This document shows positions 23,237-35,809 of a stretch of 52,598 nt of DNA, one piece after another. The stretch spans positions 1 through 52,598 of the forward strand of contig QPGO01000336.1 of assembly GCA_008632985.1 (NCBI GenBank), read 5' to 3'. The stretch comes from Psammoneis japonica. Taxonomy: Eukaryota. Every line of letters begins with the position of its first letter. Within the stretch, counting starts at the first letter, position 1. The notes below the pieces were generated by a model, which saw only the letters and a program-made list of their open reading frames with translations, had not been told where the DNA came from and did no database searches. The position numbers and the translations under genes are program-made.

Positions 23237-24901
23237 ATGGTGGAATCAGATTGCGAATCTTGCGGGTGGATAGGTAAGAAAAGACAGTGTGTGCTCTCGA
23301 TGAGGAAAAGAGACGCTACTACACATGACTTATGCCCATTCATGCTGATTTCTGCCGTTGCTTATGTTCAGCGGCAATTCTCTCCATCATTGCCTTTGGT
23401 TCGTTTGGTGCTCCAATCAAAAGTGATGCTGCCAACAGTGTGGATATCGACCCGTTGGTGTTTCAGAGCTACAAGACATTTATGTGTTTCGTGACGTCTT
23501 GGATTGTTCTATTCTTTGGTAAGAGAGTATGATGCGTGTTTCGCTCTGTAAAAGCCATCATGGCCTCTAAATCTAACTGTCGAATGCCCCCGTTTCGTAG
23601 GTCAAGAATTCACATTTACACCGTGGGGAATTGTATCGGGACTTTTCTGGGTGCCAGGAGGAGTTGCAACAGTTTATGCAGTGAGAACTGCTGGCCTAGC
23701 AATTGCGATTGGAATTGGTTCTAGCTTTATCGTACTGGTACGTTGGCAATGTGGCAAGTACTTTTGGTAAACAACCGTACTCGTTTCAGCCACCATATCT
23801 TACCTTGCACGATATTCTTTTAGGTTTCGTTTATTTGGGGGATATTCATCTTTGATGAAACTGTGCGATCCAGATTTGGAGCTTGTGTTGCGGTGTCGCT
23901 CATGATGACTGGTCTGTGGGGAATGAGTTATTACTCGTCACCCGAGACAAACGACAGCTTGCAAATGATTGGTACAGACGTGAATGCTCAAGTCACAGCT
24001 GGCACTTCTTTAGGGTACCAGGGCGTCGTCGATCACGACGAGAACGATGAACAGGAAAGTGCAGATTCTGCGGAGGAGTTGTCAAGCGAGAACAACAATA
24101 CCGAGGCAGTGTCTTACCCAATGGAGTTGGGTCGTTCCGAAACTAGTGATGAGTCTACGCAGCCACCAAGGGTCCATATTGTTGCTAGTCCGACTGATCA
24201 GGTTCACATATGCGGCTTTTCTGTAACTCGTCGCAAGTTGGGGATCGCGGCTGCTGTGTTCAACGGCGTGTGGGGAGGGAGCATCATGGTGCCCATGCAA
24301 TGGTCTGGGTACGTTACGGTGGTTGCTAGAGTCGCTTGTCACGGATTGCACTTTCTCTTATTCTTCATACGTCTGTCACTTTTAATTACGCCAGAGATGA
24401 TGCAAAGGGGATTGGTTACGTGATTAGTTTTTCGATTGGTGCTTCCATCATTACGCTGCTACTCTGGTTGCTACGTTTTCTCTTTCACTTTTGCCGGACT
24501 CGAAGTACAAAGCGGGCATTGCACTCGTTGCCTTCTCTGCACATTCGAGTCATGTGGTTGGCTGGAGGTTTGTCGGGGACATTATGGAGCATTGGTAATT
24601 TCTTTTCGATGATCTCGGTGGAATATCTCGGTGAAGGTGTTGGGTACAGTGTCGTCCAAACAGCCATGCTTGTTAGTGGTCTCTGGGGTATATTCTACTT
24701 TCGTGAGGTCGTGGGGACAGCTACGATTGGTAAATGGTTCGCGAGTGCGTTTTTGACGATTTGCGGTGAGTGCCACTAATCAGTCAGAGTTCCGAATGTT
24801 GCCAGGCGTACTAACCCAATGTCCTTGCGTTGACGCCCTTGTGACCGATAGGTATTTTGCTTCTAAGCTACGAGCATCACAAGCCTTCCACATCTGATTA
24901 A
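23237..24901 (+). CDS. TMEM144: TMEM144-like drug/metabolite (sugar) transporter; exons 23237-23273, 23372-23518, 23601-23737, 23824-24308, 24395-24765, 24852-24901
   Basis: Five GT-AG introns keep the frame. Motifs AFGSFGAPIK, DPLVFQSYK, FTPWGIVSGLFWVP, GTLWSIGNF, LVSGLWGIFYFRE. Confidence 0.88.
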
Positions 24902-26129
24902 TGTGCATTGCTACGTCTCTAGAGGTGGGGATCAATCGAATCACAGCCACCTTTGATCTACCCCTTTTGATTGTCATGACCACGTTACTCCTTCAACCCA
25001 CAGCTGCCGTTCTACCTTCCCGTCTTTGTTTCTTCCTAGAGTTATCCATATGCACCAAGTTAAACCGTTCGTAACACCCGTCGTTCCGTGTTGGCCCGTA
25101 ATTATTCGGAACGGCACACCAGCTTTGAAAGCTTGCAACAGTCGCCGCCGGTTGATTCGTGAGCGACCCATTATAGTTTGGCTACCTTTAATATTCCCGA
25201 TGCTAGCACTAACAACATGGCCGGGAGAGGTTGAGGAGGCATTATTGATGACTCGATGAAAAACATCTTCGCAGCTAGAGGAGTGAGCAAGATATTATGA
25301 AGGAAAAGTTTGCAATATATTGTGCAAGACGTTACCGGTAGCTCTTTTGAGTTTTCTTGCAGAAAATAAGAGTATGAAGAATTTCTTGGATATGGGCTTT
25401 GCACTGCAGAGCGGCATCGCTTGGATTAGGTATGCCGCCATTGTGTGCTCCCCTACTTTTCCTGAATCACCATAGCCTTTCGTGCAACTGGGAGCGGAAG
25501 AAGAAAGCAATATACTTTGTCTCTCGTTTGTCTGCACCTTTCTCGTGTGCTTTGCCAATGTTTTGTTGGCATTTGTTTTTGGCGCAGGAGCTCTTGTTTC
25601 TTCTTTTTGTCGCGACTCGCCAAATCAGACTCGATGTGATTCGCAAACTGCACCGTGGCACTTGTCTCACATTTTCCATGATGAGGACATGATGGTGGAA
25701 GCTGCCACATGTGGACAATCCGGAGTCGTCATTTGGCACCGCTGGATCGCCCGCTCCAAACATGGGAGTGCGACGCCGATTTGAACAAACGACAAAAGAA
25801 CGAGCGACTGGCATGAAGTGTTGTGCGGAGTTGCAGCCTGCTGTCATCCTAACTTCGATCAGTGTCAAGTCCAGCAAGAGAGATGAGCAGTGGAAACAAA
25901 CGTCATGCATCCTGAATCGCAACCTTGCACCCATTCTTTTGAGTCCCGCGAGATCCGCGACCCGCATGGAATTCAGCCTTGACTTGAGACACGCCACGCC
26001 GCGCCCTTGCGCGACCCACTCAAAGTACGTCCGCCCATCATTGATGACGACCGCTCCTCTCAGCTCGCAGCATGACACACGACACACCACATTAACATGC
26101 ATGCAACCTCTTCCTAAAGTAACATAAGA

Positions 26130-27127
26130 ATGGGTTCAACACTTGCGTCTTCTTCTGCTTATATGGCATCATCAGTTCCACGTTCTATTGAAAAGGTAGT
26201 ACCTTGTACGCCAGGAACGGTGAATCGACTGATTGGAACGGTGGATATCGACGGCAAGGGCACGACGCATGATGCGCTCGCCGACTGCGATCCGTGCATG
26301 CTCTTGGATCAAGGCACCATTACCAAGAACAACATGCCTCCCTTTGGTGCACATCCTCATCGTGGTCATTCCGTCGTGACAGTTCTTATGCAAGGATCCA
26401 TGACGAGTTGGGATTCCTTTACAAACAGCAAAACCACAATTACGGGTCCTTCTGCGTATTGGGTGAATGCAGGATCGGGCGTCTTTCACGATGAAGTAAC
26501 AGTCATTGAGGATGAATCCGATCCAAAGCAACACGTGTCACTATTTCAGTTGTGGGTTGGAGTGAAGGAAGTAGATCGTCAGAAACAAGCCACCCTGAGT
26601 TGGGCCAAGGATTTGCCTGTACAGAAACTCATGGAGGAGGACGGTCAAGAGATTGGAAACATTATTTATTATGTGGGCGGAACTACCACGGAACTCGATA
26701 TTCCTAGACCACTGACTGTGGCACAAGTTTGTCAACAGGCTGGAACCACCTATAAGTTTCCAATTCCCTCCGATCATACAGGCTTCATTGTAAATCTGAG
26801 TGGAGCGCCAAATGTCGATTCCAAATCCAAGCCAGCGTCGTTTGGCGGAACGACACCTACAAAACTCAATGACGTGTTGGTATTAGTAAGGATGGTAATC
26901 ACATTGAGATTGTATCCGACACGAATCATCCTACGGATTATCTAGTTTGTGTCGGAGAACCCCATGGCGAGCCTTGGAGTAAAAAGCTCGTGGCCAACGG
27001 AGCTGTTATTGCCAAGTCTCCTGAAGAGGCTCAAGAGATTGCAGCCAAGGTGGAAGAAATGTCCAAGCGAGGCAAGGAGACTGGAGACTTTTCTCCCTTT
27101 GGGATGAAACCAATGGCAAAAGAATAA
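26130..27127 (+). CDS. Pirin-family cupin protein (one apparent 1-bp frameshift near 26885)
   Basis: DPCMLLD, FGAHPHRG, AGSGVFHDE, FQLWV. The C-terminal pirin segment (YLVCVGEPHGEP...) continues in a shifted frame to TAA at 27125-27127. Confidence 0.85.
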
Positions 27128-27231
27128 GTTGATGTCGCGATATACTCTAAAAGTTTCATTCGTTCATATGAAAACAACAACACACCATTGTTGGAAATCT
27201 ACAATACACTCAAACTATATTACCACTACGA

Positions 27232-28116
27232 TTACTCATACAAAGACAGAAACACAAAGCGAGGAATGCAGTCTGAATTTCCTGAAATTTCAGCCCTACC
27301 AATAACGGAAAGCTCGTTCGTACTGGGCTTGAAGCGGACCGTCACGGTGTATCCAAGATGAAGTTCCAAGCCCTCGCGAGAAAAGTGATGCTTCAGACTC
27401 TCTTTATCCGATGACGAGATTCCAAAAATCTTCTTTGAGGCACACTCTTTTGTATAAAAGGCTCCCCTTTTACAAAAGGTTTCAAGCTTAACGTCGTATG
27501 GACGACCTACAAGAGCTGCAAAGGTTTGGGGTTGGACACCGGGAACATCAATGCGCCAATTCTTTATTGGTGCTCCGGATGCTTCAAAGCCCAACTGCTT
27601 CCTTGCTGCTTTCAACAAGCAGGCTCGAAACCCTTTCATTGCCTTGGTGTCTGGGGCAACGGTGACGTGCTGCTGCTTGGCTGTCATGAGTTTGGCATGT
27701 GCTTCCTTTTCCTTCAGTCGCGTCTTGGCCTCTCGTTTGTAACGGGCTTGCAGCTTCTCCCTCAATCCTGAACGACCGTGTTTACGCAAAGCGGCACCAA
27801 GCAAATGGCCACGGTTATAATACTTGACGGGTGGACCGATACCTATACCGCCTCCGCCCTCCGACTCGTACTGCAAGTGGGACAAATCTTGAGGAGTAAG
27901 AAAGTACTCCTTCTTGGCCTCAGTAGTAGGAATCCATTCCTCGCTATTCTCATTGACCAAAGAGGTCAACAAGTCGTGTGGAACATGAATTTCGTCTTGG
28001 GGTGATTTGGGTTTTCTTGCGTTGGTCTTTGGCGAGCGAGATGCGGGTTGCTTCGTCTTCTTCCTCGCTGCCCTCTCGCCAGCTTTGACACTTGCAAAGG
28101 CACTCTTGCTTGACAT
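27232..28116 (-). CDS. XPA C-terminal-like domain protein, paralog 1
   Basis: Intact 294-aa ORF. WIPTTEAKKEYFL..DL...P.VKYY...AL.KHG..GL resembles the XPA-C/Rad14 DNA-binding subdomain. Clear paralog at 34689-35468. Confidence 0.7.
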   Translation of the reverse strand: MSSKSAFASVKAGERAARKKTKQPASRSPKTNARKPKSPQDEIHVPHDLLTSLVNENSEEWIPTTEAKKEYFLTPQDLSHLQYESEGGGGIGIGPPVKYYNRGHLLGAALRKHGRSGLREKLQARYKREAKTRLKEKEAHAKLMTAKQQHVTVAPDTKAMKGFRACLLKAARKQLGFEASGAPIKNWRIDVPGVQPQTFAALVGRPYDVKLETFCKRGAFYTKECASKKIFGISSSDKESLKHHFSREGLELHLGYTVTVRFKPSTNELSVIGRAEISGNSDCIPRFVFLSLYE

Positions 28117-28849
28117 GATTAGACCGAGTTAGACTTCTACCGTATGATGCCTTGAGTTCTTCTGCTATTAGCAGACCGTGCAAAGAAGGTTGGTTGTGCG
28201 ATCGATTGTTGGCGAAAGTTGTGGTGAAAACTTTTGTCAAACGACTACTTTTTCGAGTTTTTCGGAGGACTAGACCTACTCTAGCTAGCGATTGTTTTCC
28301 GGGTGCCCCTCGGAAACAAGATTGACGAGTCACGTACACTCGTGACTGAAACGAACAAGCATACCGATAACGAGAAGTTGATTTGGATCGGATTATTGGT
28401 AATGATTGCGGATTGCGGACCACTTTTAAGTTCGTTGCGTGGTCTCTCGCTTTTCATCTCTCTGCCTTTATGAATCACCTTACTCCAGCTCTATTCTCAG
28501 TTCTACTTTGGCTGCAAATGAGTGACTCTTTACCTTTTAACCGGCACGATTTCGCTTAGCCAAAGAGCAGAGAATATGTTTTCCACAGATCTGAGCTAAC
28601 GCGGAACTTGATGCATTCAAATGACACAATCATACTCGACCAACCAGGGAAAAGAAAAGACGGTAAATTGACGAATGTATCTTTCAGAGATTTAGGGGAA
28701 AAGTCCCGGCACCCCGAAAGCCAACCGCTAGAAACAAAAGGGCGCGCGCTTTTCTACTCTCAACATTCTACTGGGACGTCACTCGTGAGTCAAGACGGCT
28801 ACCACGGTCGCGATGGTCGCCACGATGATATAACAGAGTCCATCATACA

Positions 28850-30150
28850 GCACTATGAAGGAGGACAGAGCATTTCAACTGGAGGAAACGGGGACAAGTC
28901 AAATCGAATTCCAGGAGAGATCTCTCGTTTCTCAAGAGAAGAAACTCATTATTTCCGCAGACCAAACGTCGAGCTTCCGCCGGGATGAGGTGAAAAGTCG
29001 TATGCCTTGGAACGCTTTTGCTGTTAGAACGAGAAGGAGTAGGTCCCAACCAAGGAAGAGTTCAATCTATAATGTGCGTAACACTGAAACTAATCGTGGT
29101 GGATCAAGTCCCGGACTTCTTGAATGGTTCTGGACTGGTTGTTGACATTCCTCCCTCGAGATTGATTGAAGCCATCCAGACAAGCTGTACTGAGGCTTGC
29201 ACAGCATCAATGGTGAGAATGAAGCATTGGTCTGGTTCCTGAGTTGCGCAAGGATAACTTGTTTGTGATTGACGAGAGGATAGGGATGCCTCTGACCGAC
29301 ACCGAGTTTCCTTCTCGTGTGTTGGAGACCTTTATGCTTCCAGAATCCATTTCATTTGCAATTAAGAATGAAATAATGGAACGCGCCATCCAGGAATACT
29401 CGGACAAGAAACTTTGGGATCGCATGTGAGATTTGCTTTCAATTTACACAGGCCGAAAAGGTAATTGCAATGTTCCTTATGATCGGGTCCGTATGATATA
29501 AGAAGGACGGAAGACTGTATGCTTCTCGGCAGAAGCGACTCAAGGAGGCTGGAGTCGTGTGGGACATGTTGGAGGATCAATGGGGTCGCATGTACGATTT
29601 GCTCTTGGTCACAAACGCCTTGAAGAGCATTGCAATATCCCTAAGATGCACAAAGAGGAACAAAGAAACTAGGCGCTTGGCTGGATACTCAACAATCGGC
29701 TAAAAAGTATGGGAGACTGGACCGCGTCCGAGAAAAACGACTTGAGGATGCTGGCATTGTGTGGGGCGTGTTGTAGTATCAACGGGAAATTATCTTCCTA
29801 TTGGTGTTTCAAGGAGTCGCATCGAGCACGGAAAGAATCTAGGAAGTGGGCTGGACCAGCAACTATCAGTAAAAGGAAACGGGAAAATGACCACTTCTCG
29901 GCAAGGACGGCTTGAGGAGCTTGGTGTCGAGTGGAATACGTGCATACCGGTAGGTCAATGGGGTTCCATGTTTTTGTATTCAATTCGATTTTTGAAGGGA
30001 GGAGCGTTGCAATGTTCCCTACTCGTGTCTCAGAGAGGATGGAGAGGTATTGGGAGTTGGTTGAAATCGCAACGGCGAGTAAAAAGAATGGGAGACTGGG
30101 CACTTCTCGGCAATAACGACTGGTGGATATTAGTGTCGTTTGGGGGTCAA
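28850..30150 (+). pseudogene. Partial helicase / helicase-associated (HA) repeat gene relic, copy 1
   Basis: Repeated W..M(Y/F).LL....GxCNVP....WL..QR...RL..LG..W units broken by stops and frameshifts. Similar to 32050-34200. Confidence 0.7.
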
Positions 30151-30369
30151 AGGTTTAAGTACTGTACGACTCGTCATCAGAAAATAGCAGCCGAATGACA
30201 TTCAACTGCGTGGCGCTCGAAGTTGACCTTGTTATACACTCTGCATTACTAGCAGCTAGATCCTACTATCCAATATACAACCTCTTGCGCTAATACTCCA
30301 AATAAAACTATACGACAGCTAATCCCGCGCTACAAAGCCACACCCCTCTCGTGTCGTACTCGTACACGA

Positions 30370-31308
30370 CTAACAACTAACCCAATTCACCGTATGATTT
30401 GGATCGGGGCACAAGGAACGTCCCCGACTCTTGAGATCGTGCTTACCCGTACTCGCACCCGGAAAAGCTCCTCCACGAGTTTTGAACTCTCGTCCACCAA
30501 TGTTCGGGAAAAACAATTTTGGCTTCCGAAATGGCATCGTCGCATATTTTTCATGCAAATTACGAGCCTGAGTTTGAACAAGTGTGATAAAGCTATTCGT
30601 TGATTCTTGAACTCTCGTCCACCAAGGAAATGGCATCGTCTTGTATTCTTTCAAAATGCGAGCCTGAATTCGTGCCTTTGTGATGAAGGTCTTCAAAGAG
30701 TCATAGGCGATCTGGTGCAAGCTCGAAACGGTTTCGCGGACAGTCTTGGTCTTGAATAAAGAGGAGCCATGGAAAATGGTGTGCAACCTCGACGTGGTTT
30801 CATGAAAAATCTCGGTAAGCGTGGTCTCTTGAAGGATTTGTTGGAAACGGTCGGACAACTCGATTTCGTGCTCGAAGGAAAGGTCGAAGGAGTGGCAGAC
30901 AGAGCTCGATTCTTTCAGAGCCTCAACTGACATGTCATCCGTAGGTGTGCAGTTTCGAATGGCGTTGTGAAGAAGGGTGGAGTCGTAGTCCTTGTGGTCA
31001 AAATACACGCAATGAATGCTCGACCGGATCAGAGCTTCGATGGGCATGCTTGTGGGCGTGGTGTTGCTGAGAATGTTTTGGAGGCGGATGAAGGAGTCGT
31101 CATGGCTTTCGATCGTCGTAAAGATCGTTTTGGCAGACAAAGCAATACGAAGGATGTCTTGACTTGCTTTCGAGGCAATCGACACACCTTGCGCCGTCGC
31201 GTCAACAACGGCCGAAAGCGAAAGCGGGCGGGCAAAGGGACCAGCGCTCATGGCACCGGCAGCAATGCCAAGGGAGATGACAGCAAGGTTCTTGATTGAA
31301 GCAATCAT
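30370..31308 (-). CDS. Hypothetical protein with N-terminal hydrophobic segment and an internal repeat (QARxLxEYxTMPF)
   Basis: 312-aa ORF with normal composition; family not recognised. Confidence 0.55.
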   Translation of the reverse strand: MIASIKNLAVISLGIAAGAMSAGPFARPLSLSAVVDATAQGVSIASKASQDILRIALSAKTIFTTIESHDDSFIRLQNILSNTTPTSMPIEALIRSSIHCVYFDHKDYDSTLLHNAIRNCTPTDDMSVEALKESSSVCHSFDLSFEHEIELSDRFQQILQETTLTEIFHETTSRLHTIFHGSSLFKTKTVRETVSSLHQIAYDSLKTFITKARIQARILKEYKTMPFPWWTRVQESTNSFITLVQTQARNLHEKYATMPFRKPKLFFPNIGGREFKTRGGAFPGASTGKHDLKSRGRSLCPDPNHTVNWVSC

Positions 31309-32049
31309 GGTGATGACTTTACTATGCTACTTTCCTCGTCAAAGAAAGATTGTGAGAGAATCGAGAGCAAAAATTGAGGCATCCATCGAGAGGAAGCATC
31401 GACGTCAAGTACCAGACACGTAGAAATCTACGAGAAACGCACCTCAAACAAAAACCGCCCGTATCGATCGTGTCGCCCGAGAGAGGCAGAGATGGTGTAG
31501 TCACCATTTACAATATTCAATATTGGGCTGGATATGAGGTATGATTCTCATGAAATGAACCGGGACTGCAGAACAACGGCGAGTTTTGGTGTTTGTTTTC
31601 AGCCGATGTTGTGATGAGGTCGGAGGGAGATTGGAAGTGATAGCGATTTAGCTCTTGTTTTCTTTAGCCACGTAATAAGATAAGTGACCGTATTCCACTT
31701 GTCTATTTATTATGCGATCAAATGACATTTTTGCTCAATTTATGAATTGCCCCTCTAACCGGCGCTTCTTTCCCATACTGATTTATTTCGCGGCTTTGTC
31801 TGATTTGGCTCGCAACTCTGCAACCGCTGCAACCGCAATGAGCAGCGAGCATGTTTTCACCTGAAATCAACGCATCAGAAGCATTTATTGACTAAGTCAT
31901 AGACCAAGCTGAGACGAGCACTGCAGCTTGAGAATAGAGAACTTCAAATTCCGAAAGTTGCGCAAATAAAGAGAAAGTGCCGCTCCCGGAACTATGGCAG
32001 TACGTCACTCCTCATGAGTCAGGAGCCCAACATACGTTAATCTAAGGAG

Positions 32050-34200
32050 GCAAGAGTATGTCAAGTGGAGGAAACGGGGAGAATTCAAATCGATTCCGGA
32101 AGGGATCACTCGTTTCTCGATAGAAGAAAATCATTTCCGCAGAGCTCACCGGGATGAGGTAAAATGTTGTAGGGGCCCTAGGTCTTGGAGACGCTTTCGT
32201 GGTTTGCACGAGAAGGAGTGGGTCCCCATTGATCAAGAGCTCATTCTCTAATTTGCATAACACCGAAACTGATCTTGGCGGATCAAGCCCTGGACTTCTG
32301 GACTGGTTGTGCTGACATTCCTCATTGGAGATTAATTGTTTCCAGCCAGATAAGCCATACTGATAGGTTTGTACAACAGCATTATTTGACGAAATTGAAG
32401 CATTTCTCCCTTCTGATGAGAGTAAGCTACGTTTTCACTTGCTGCACTTACAACTCGCTACCACGGGGTGGAGAGGCTTTTGAAGCGATTCGTTTCCTTT
32501 TGCATTTTTTATGAAGCACAGCAGATGGAAGGTGCGGGGAGTCTATTTGGATACAGTATCTACGGCTCTATCGATTCACTACTTCTGATTGATTTCCTAT
32601 CGCTAACTCCTCGTCTGTACACCCAGTCTCCGAAACAAATCGCCGTTTTTGGGTTCCAAGCTTGACAAGTACGGTGTGCAAACACTATTGCCGAAACGGG
32701 AAGTGGAGACCGCTCATTGCCTCTTGGGCGTTAGGAGCTATGTCGGTGAAGTGATATTTGGACTGTGCTTTGAACGACGGACGTTGCAAGATAGTGTGGA
32801 GTAAAACATTACAGTCCCCATTACGCCATGTGTTGTGGATCAAGGCGAGATCAGTGAGCATGTATCTACCGATTCCAGCCAGCTCTCCAAAGATACCTTG
32901 CTACCTTATGCAATCCAAGCGGCTTTCTAAGTTGAATGTTAGCCGTGCTGTATCGTTCCTCTCTACCACAGTTCGAGCACGGGCTTTTGCGGACTCGACT
33001 GGAACGGCAAATTGAAGGACGGCATTTCTACCTTTGATATATGATATGTGGTGTTCCCAAAATGTCGGCAGTGAAACGGGAACAGGTACTACCCCAGAAG
33101 CAAAAGGTTTGCGTCGAACTCAACCATTGCCAATTGCAAGGTATTGGCGGAAGGTGTCGACGAGGTGGATTGGTATTTGGTGACAATAGCTGATCCTGTC
33201 CGACGCTCGGTTCTGGCACCACAAATGCTTGGACGTGTAAGCCGGAAAGGTCCTGGTGATGAACGAGGTTACGTTCTTGTTCCCGCAACCATTGCTGCTG
33301 ATTCTGAGTTAGCAGAGGGTAAGGATAGCTTTGAAATATTTTTACTTGCTTTGGAGGCCATGGTTGGTCTAGATCCTGAGTTACGCGCAAGGATGTCTTG
33401 TTTGTGATTAGGTAAGAAGAGTGACAAGTCAATGCCTTTGATGGACACCGCGTTTCCTTCTCGTGTGTTGGCAATGGTAATGACCTCAACATGCACGAAG
33501 AAAATGTGATTAATTTTTGGGAATATGGTTGAGAAATCAGCGGGTCCGCAAGATAAGGACGGAAGGCTGTATACTTTTCGGCAGGAGCGACTCATGGAGG
33601 CTGGCGTCGTGTGGGACATGTTAGAGGATCAATGGGGTCGCATATACGATTTGCTCTTGGTTTACGATCACCATGAAGAGCATTGCAATATCCCGACGAC
33701 GCACAAAGAGGATGGAATGAATCTAGCCATTTGGTTGGATACTCAACGATTGGCTGAGAAGAATGGGCGACGGGAAAACGTCCGAGAAAAACGACTTCAG
33801 GAAGCTTGTATTGTATGGGACGTGTTGGAGGATTTCAATTCAGCGAAGAAGAGGGAAATTGCGATGTTCCAAGGAGGCACAGCGAGGGTGGAAAGAACCT
33901 GGGACGTTGGTTGAGCAAGAAACGATCAGTAAAACAAAACTGAAAACTGACACTTGTCGACGAAAGTAACTGGGGAGCTTTGTGCTGTGTGGGATGCATT
34001 CGCAGATCATTGGGAGGTTATTTTGCCTCTCCTTATTCAGTTTGGGTAACGCGTTGGACCTATTAATGCCGTCCCTTAGCAACACATTGAAGAAGGCGTG
34101 AAATCAGGAAAATGGTCGCGACAATCGAAGAAAAAGGAGGTGCTAAGTGGCAGTCACCTCTAGAGTGATTGGAAGAGGTTGGGGTTGCTTGGGTCATTTT
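32050..34200 (+). pseudogene. SF2 (ResIII-like) helicase with C-terminal HA repeats, relic, copy 2
   Basis: NCKVLAEGVD...IADP....QMLGRVSRK...GYVLVP (motifs V/VI) followed by HA repeats (GVVWDMLEDQWGRIYDLL...HCNIP...WLDTQR). Many stops. Confidence 0.75.
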
Positions 34201-34348
34201 CCGTAGGTGAGTGACTACCTGTAGCATTTATGCTCAAGGCCATTACTTTATAACATAAGCAATCAAAAGGCATTGGCTGCGGTATTATGCACGTCTATTC
34301 TTTGAACACTATTATCTTTTAGCCATACAGATAACGATGGAGCAAGAA

Positions 34349-34623
34349 ACCTACAATCATGTAGGTGCTTACTACGTAATGTTCATGCCAAGAAACACAT
34401 TGTCCACCTTTACCATGCAATCTTAGCCTATCCAGTGATGCATAATGCATTGGCACGGGAATTGAAGCGAATCGTGACGGCATCTCCAATACGTTGAGCC
34501 ACGCCTATTCTCGAGCAAAGTACAGTACCACGTCAAAGCATCCTCAGACGAGGTTCCAAACAACTTCTAGGCGCTGAAACTTTTGGAAAAATAAGCTCCG
34601 TTCTTGCAAAAGGTCTCGAGTTG
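34349..34623 (-). pseudogene. Diverged tandem duplicate of the 3' end and 3' flank of the XPA-C-like paralog 2
   Basis: 34349-34623 aligns with 34625-34893 (CCTACAATCATGTA...TTCTTGCAAAAGGTCTCGAGTTG). Confidence 0.8.
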
Positions 34624-34688
34624 AACCCTACAATCATGTACGTGATTACTACGTAATGTTTATGGAAAGAAAGAGTATTGTCGAACCT

Positions 34689-35468
34689 TTACCACGCAAT
34701 CTCGGCCCATCCAGTGATGGATAGTTCATCGGCACAGGGCTTGAATCGAACGGTGACGGTTTCTCCAATACGTTGAGCCACGCCTTCTCGAGAAAAGAAC
34801 CGCGTCAAAGCCTCCTCAGAAGAAGTTCCAAACAACTTCTCGGTGCTGTAACTTTCGGAATAATAAGCTCCTTTCTTGCAAAAGGTCTCGAGTTGCTCGT
34901 CCGAGGGGCGTCCCATCAAGGCAGCAAAGGTCTCGGCTTGCACCGCAGGGACTTCGACACGCCAGTTCTTGGGAGCTCCCGACATTTCAAACCCCATACG
35001 CTTCTTTGTCATCTTCAAAAGAGAAGCCCGAAGCTTCTTGATGCCCGTGGTATCGGGAGCATCCGTAGCGTGCTGTTTCTTGGCTTTTTCGAGTTTGGCT
35101 CGTGCTTCTGCTTCCTTTTGGGCTTTCTTGGTTTCTCGCTTATGACGATTTTGTAGTTTCTTTTCGAGTCCCATACGGCCATGTTTCTGTAATGCTTCTT
35201 GAATAAGATCGTCCCTGCTGTAGAGCTTCATGGGAGGACCGCATCCAATACCGCCACCAATCGACTGGTGGAGCAATACAGACAGGTCCTGAGCGTTCAG
35301 AAAGTACTCCTTTTTGGCCTCAGCCGAAGAAATCCAGATTTCGTCATTATCTTCAATCAACCGATCTACGAAAGTACGGCGAGCTTCAGGGACTTTCTGA
35401 GAGTCACGAGTCGACGACGTCGCGCTTTCGTTGTTGCTTACGTCCTGAAGAGCGTCCCGGTCTGACAT
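34689..35468 (-). CDS. XPA C-terminal-like domain protein, paralog 2
   Basis: Intact 259-aa ORF: WISSAEAKKEYFLNAQDL...PPMKLYSRDDL..EALQKHG. Confidence 0.72.
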   Translation of the reverse strand: MSDRDALQDVSNNESATSSTRDSQKVPEARRTFVDRLIEDNDEIWISSAEAKKEYFLNAQDLSVLLHQSIGGGIGCGPPMKLYSRDDLIQEALQKHGRMGLEKKLQNRHKRETKKAQKEAEARAKLEKAKKQHATDAPDTTGIKKLRASLLKMTKKRMGFEMSGAPKNWRVEVPAVQAETFAALMGRPSDEQLETFCKKGAYYSESYSTEKLFGTSSEEALTRFFSREGVAQRIGETVTVRFKPCADELSITGWAEIAW

Positions 35469-35809
35469 GGCTTGACAAAATAAGAGCTATGCGGCTAAGA
35501 ATAGAGAGTAAGGAGAAAAGGTATGTCTTATGAGATGAAGTGATTCTGTTTTTGACATCGTGTCGATCTTCGCTCGCACCGCTTCTCGTTTCGCGTCCAA
35601 TTTTTTTGGCGCGACCCGGCTGTTAGTTGGAGCGAAGGCCAGAACTGTAGGAACGGCTGACGGGCTGACGTATTCTGGCTACATTACATGCAGCACATTC
35701 TCATTCAACCGGACATCATCCTGTGAAAGAGGTGCAGCAGGCTGGGTGTCGGAGGGCTTAAAAATGAGGGGAATGCCCATCATGCACGCTCCACTGTCAC
35801 AATGGTAAA

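Noticed and set aside
24900..25500. Short minus-strand ORFs between TMEM144 and pirin
   Set aside because: No coherent gene model or recognisable domain.
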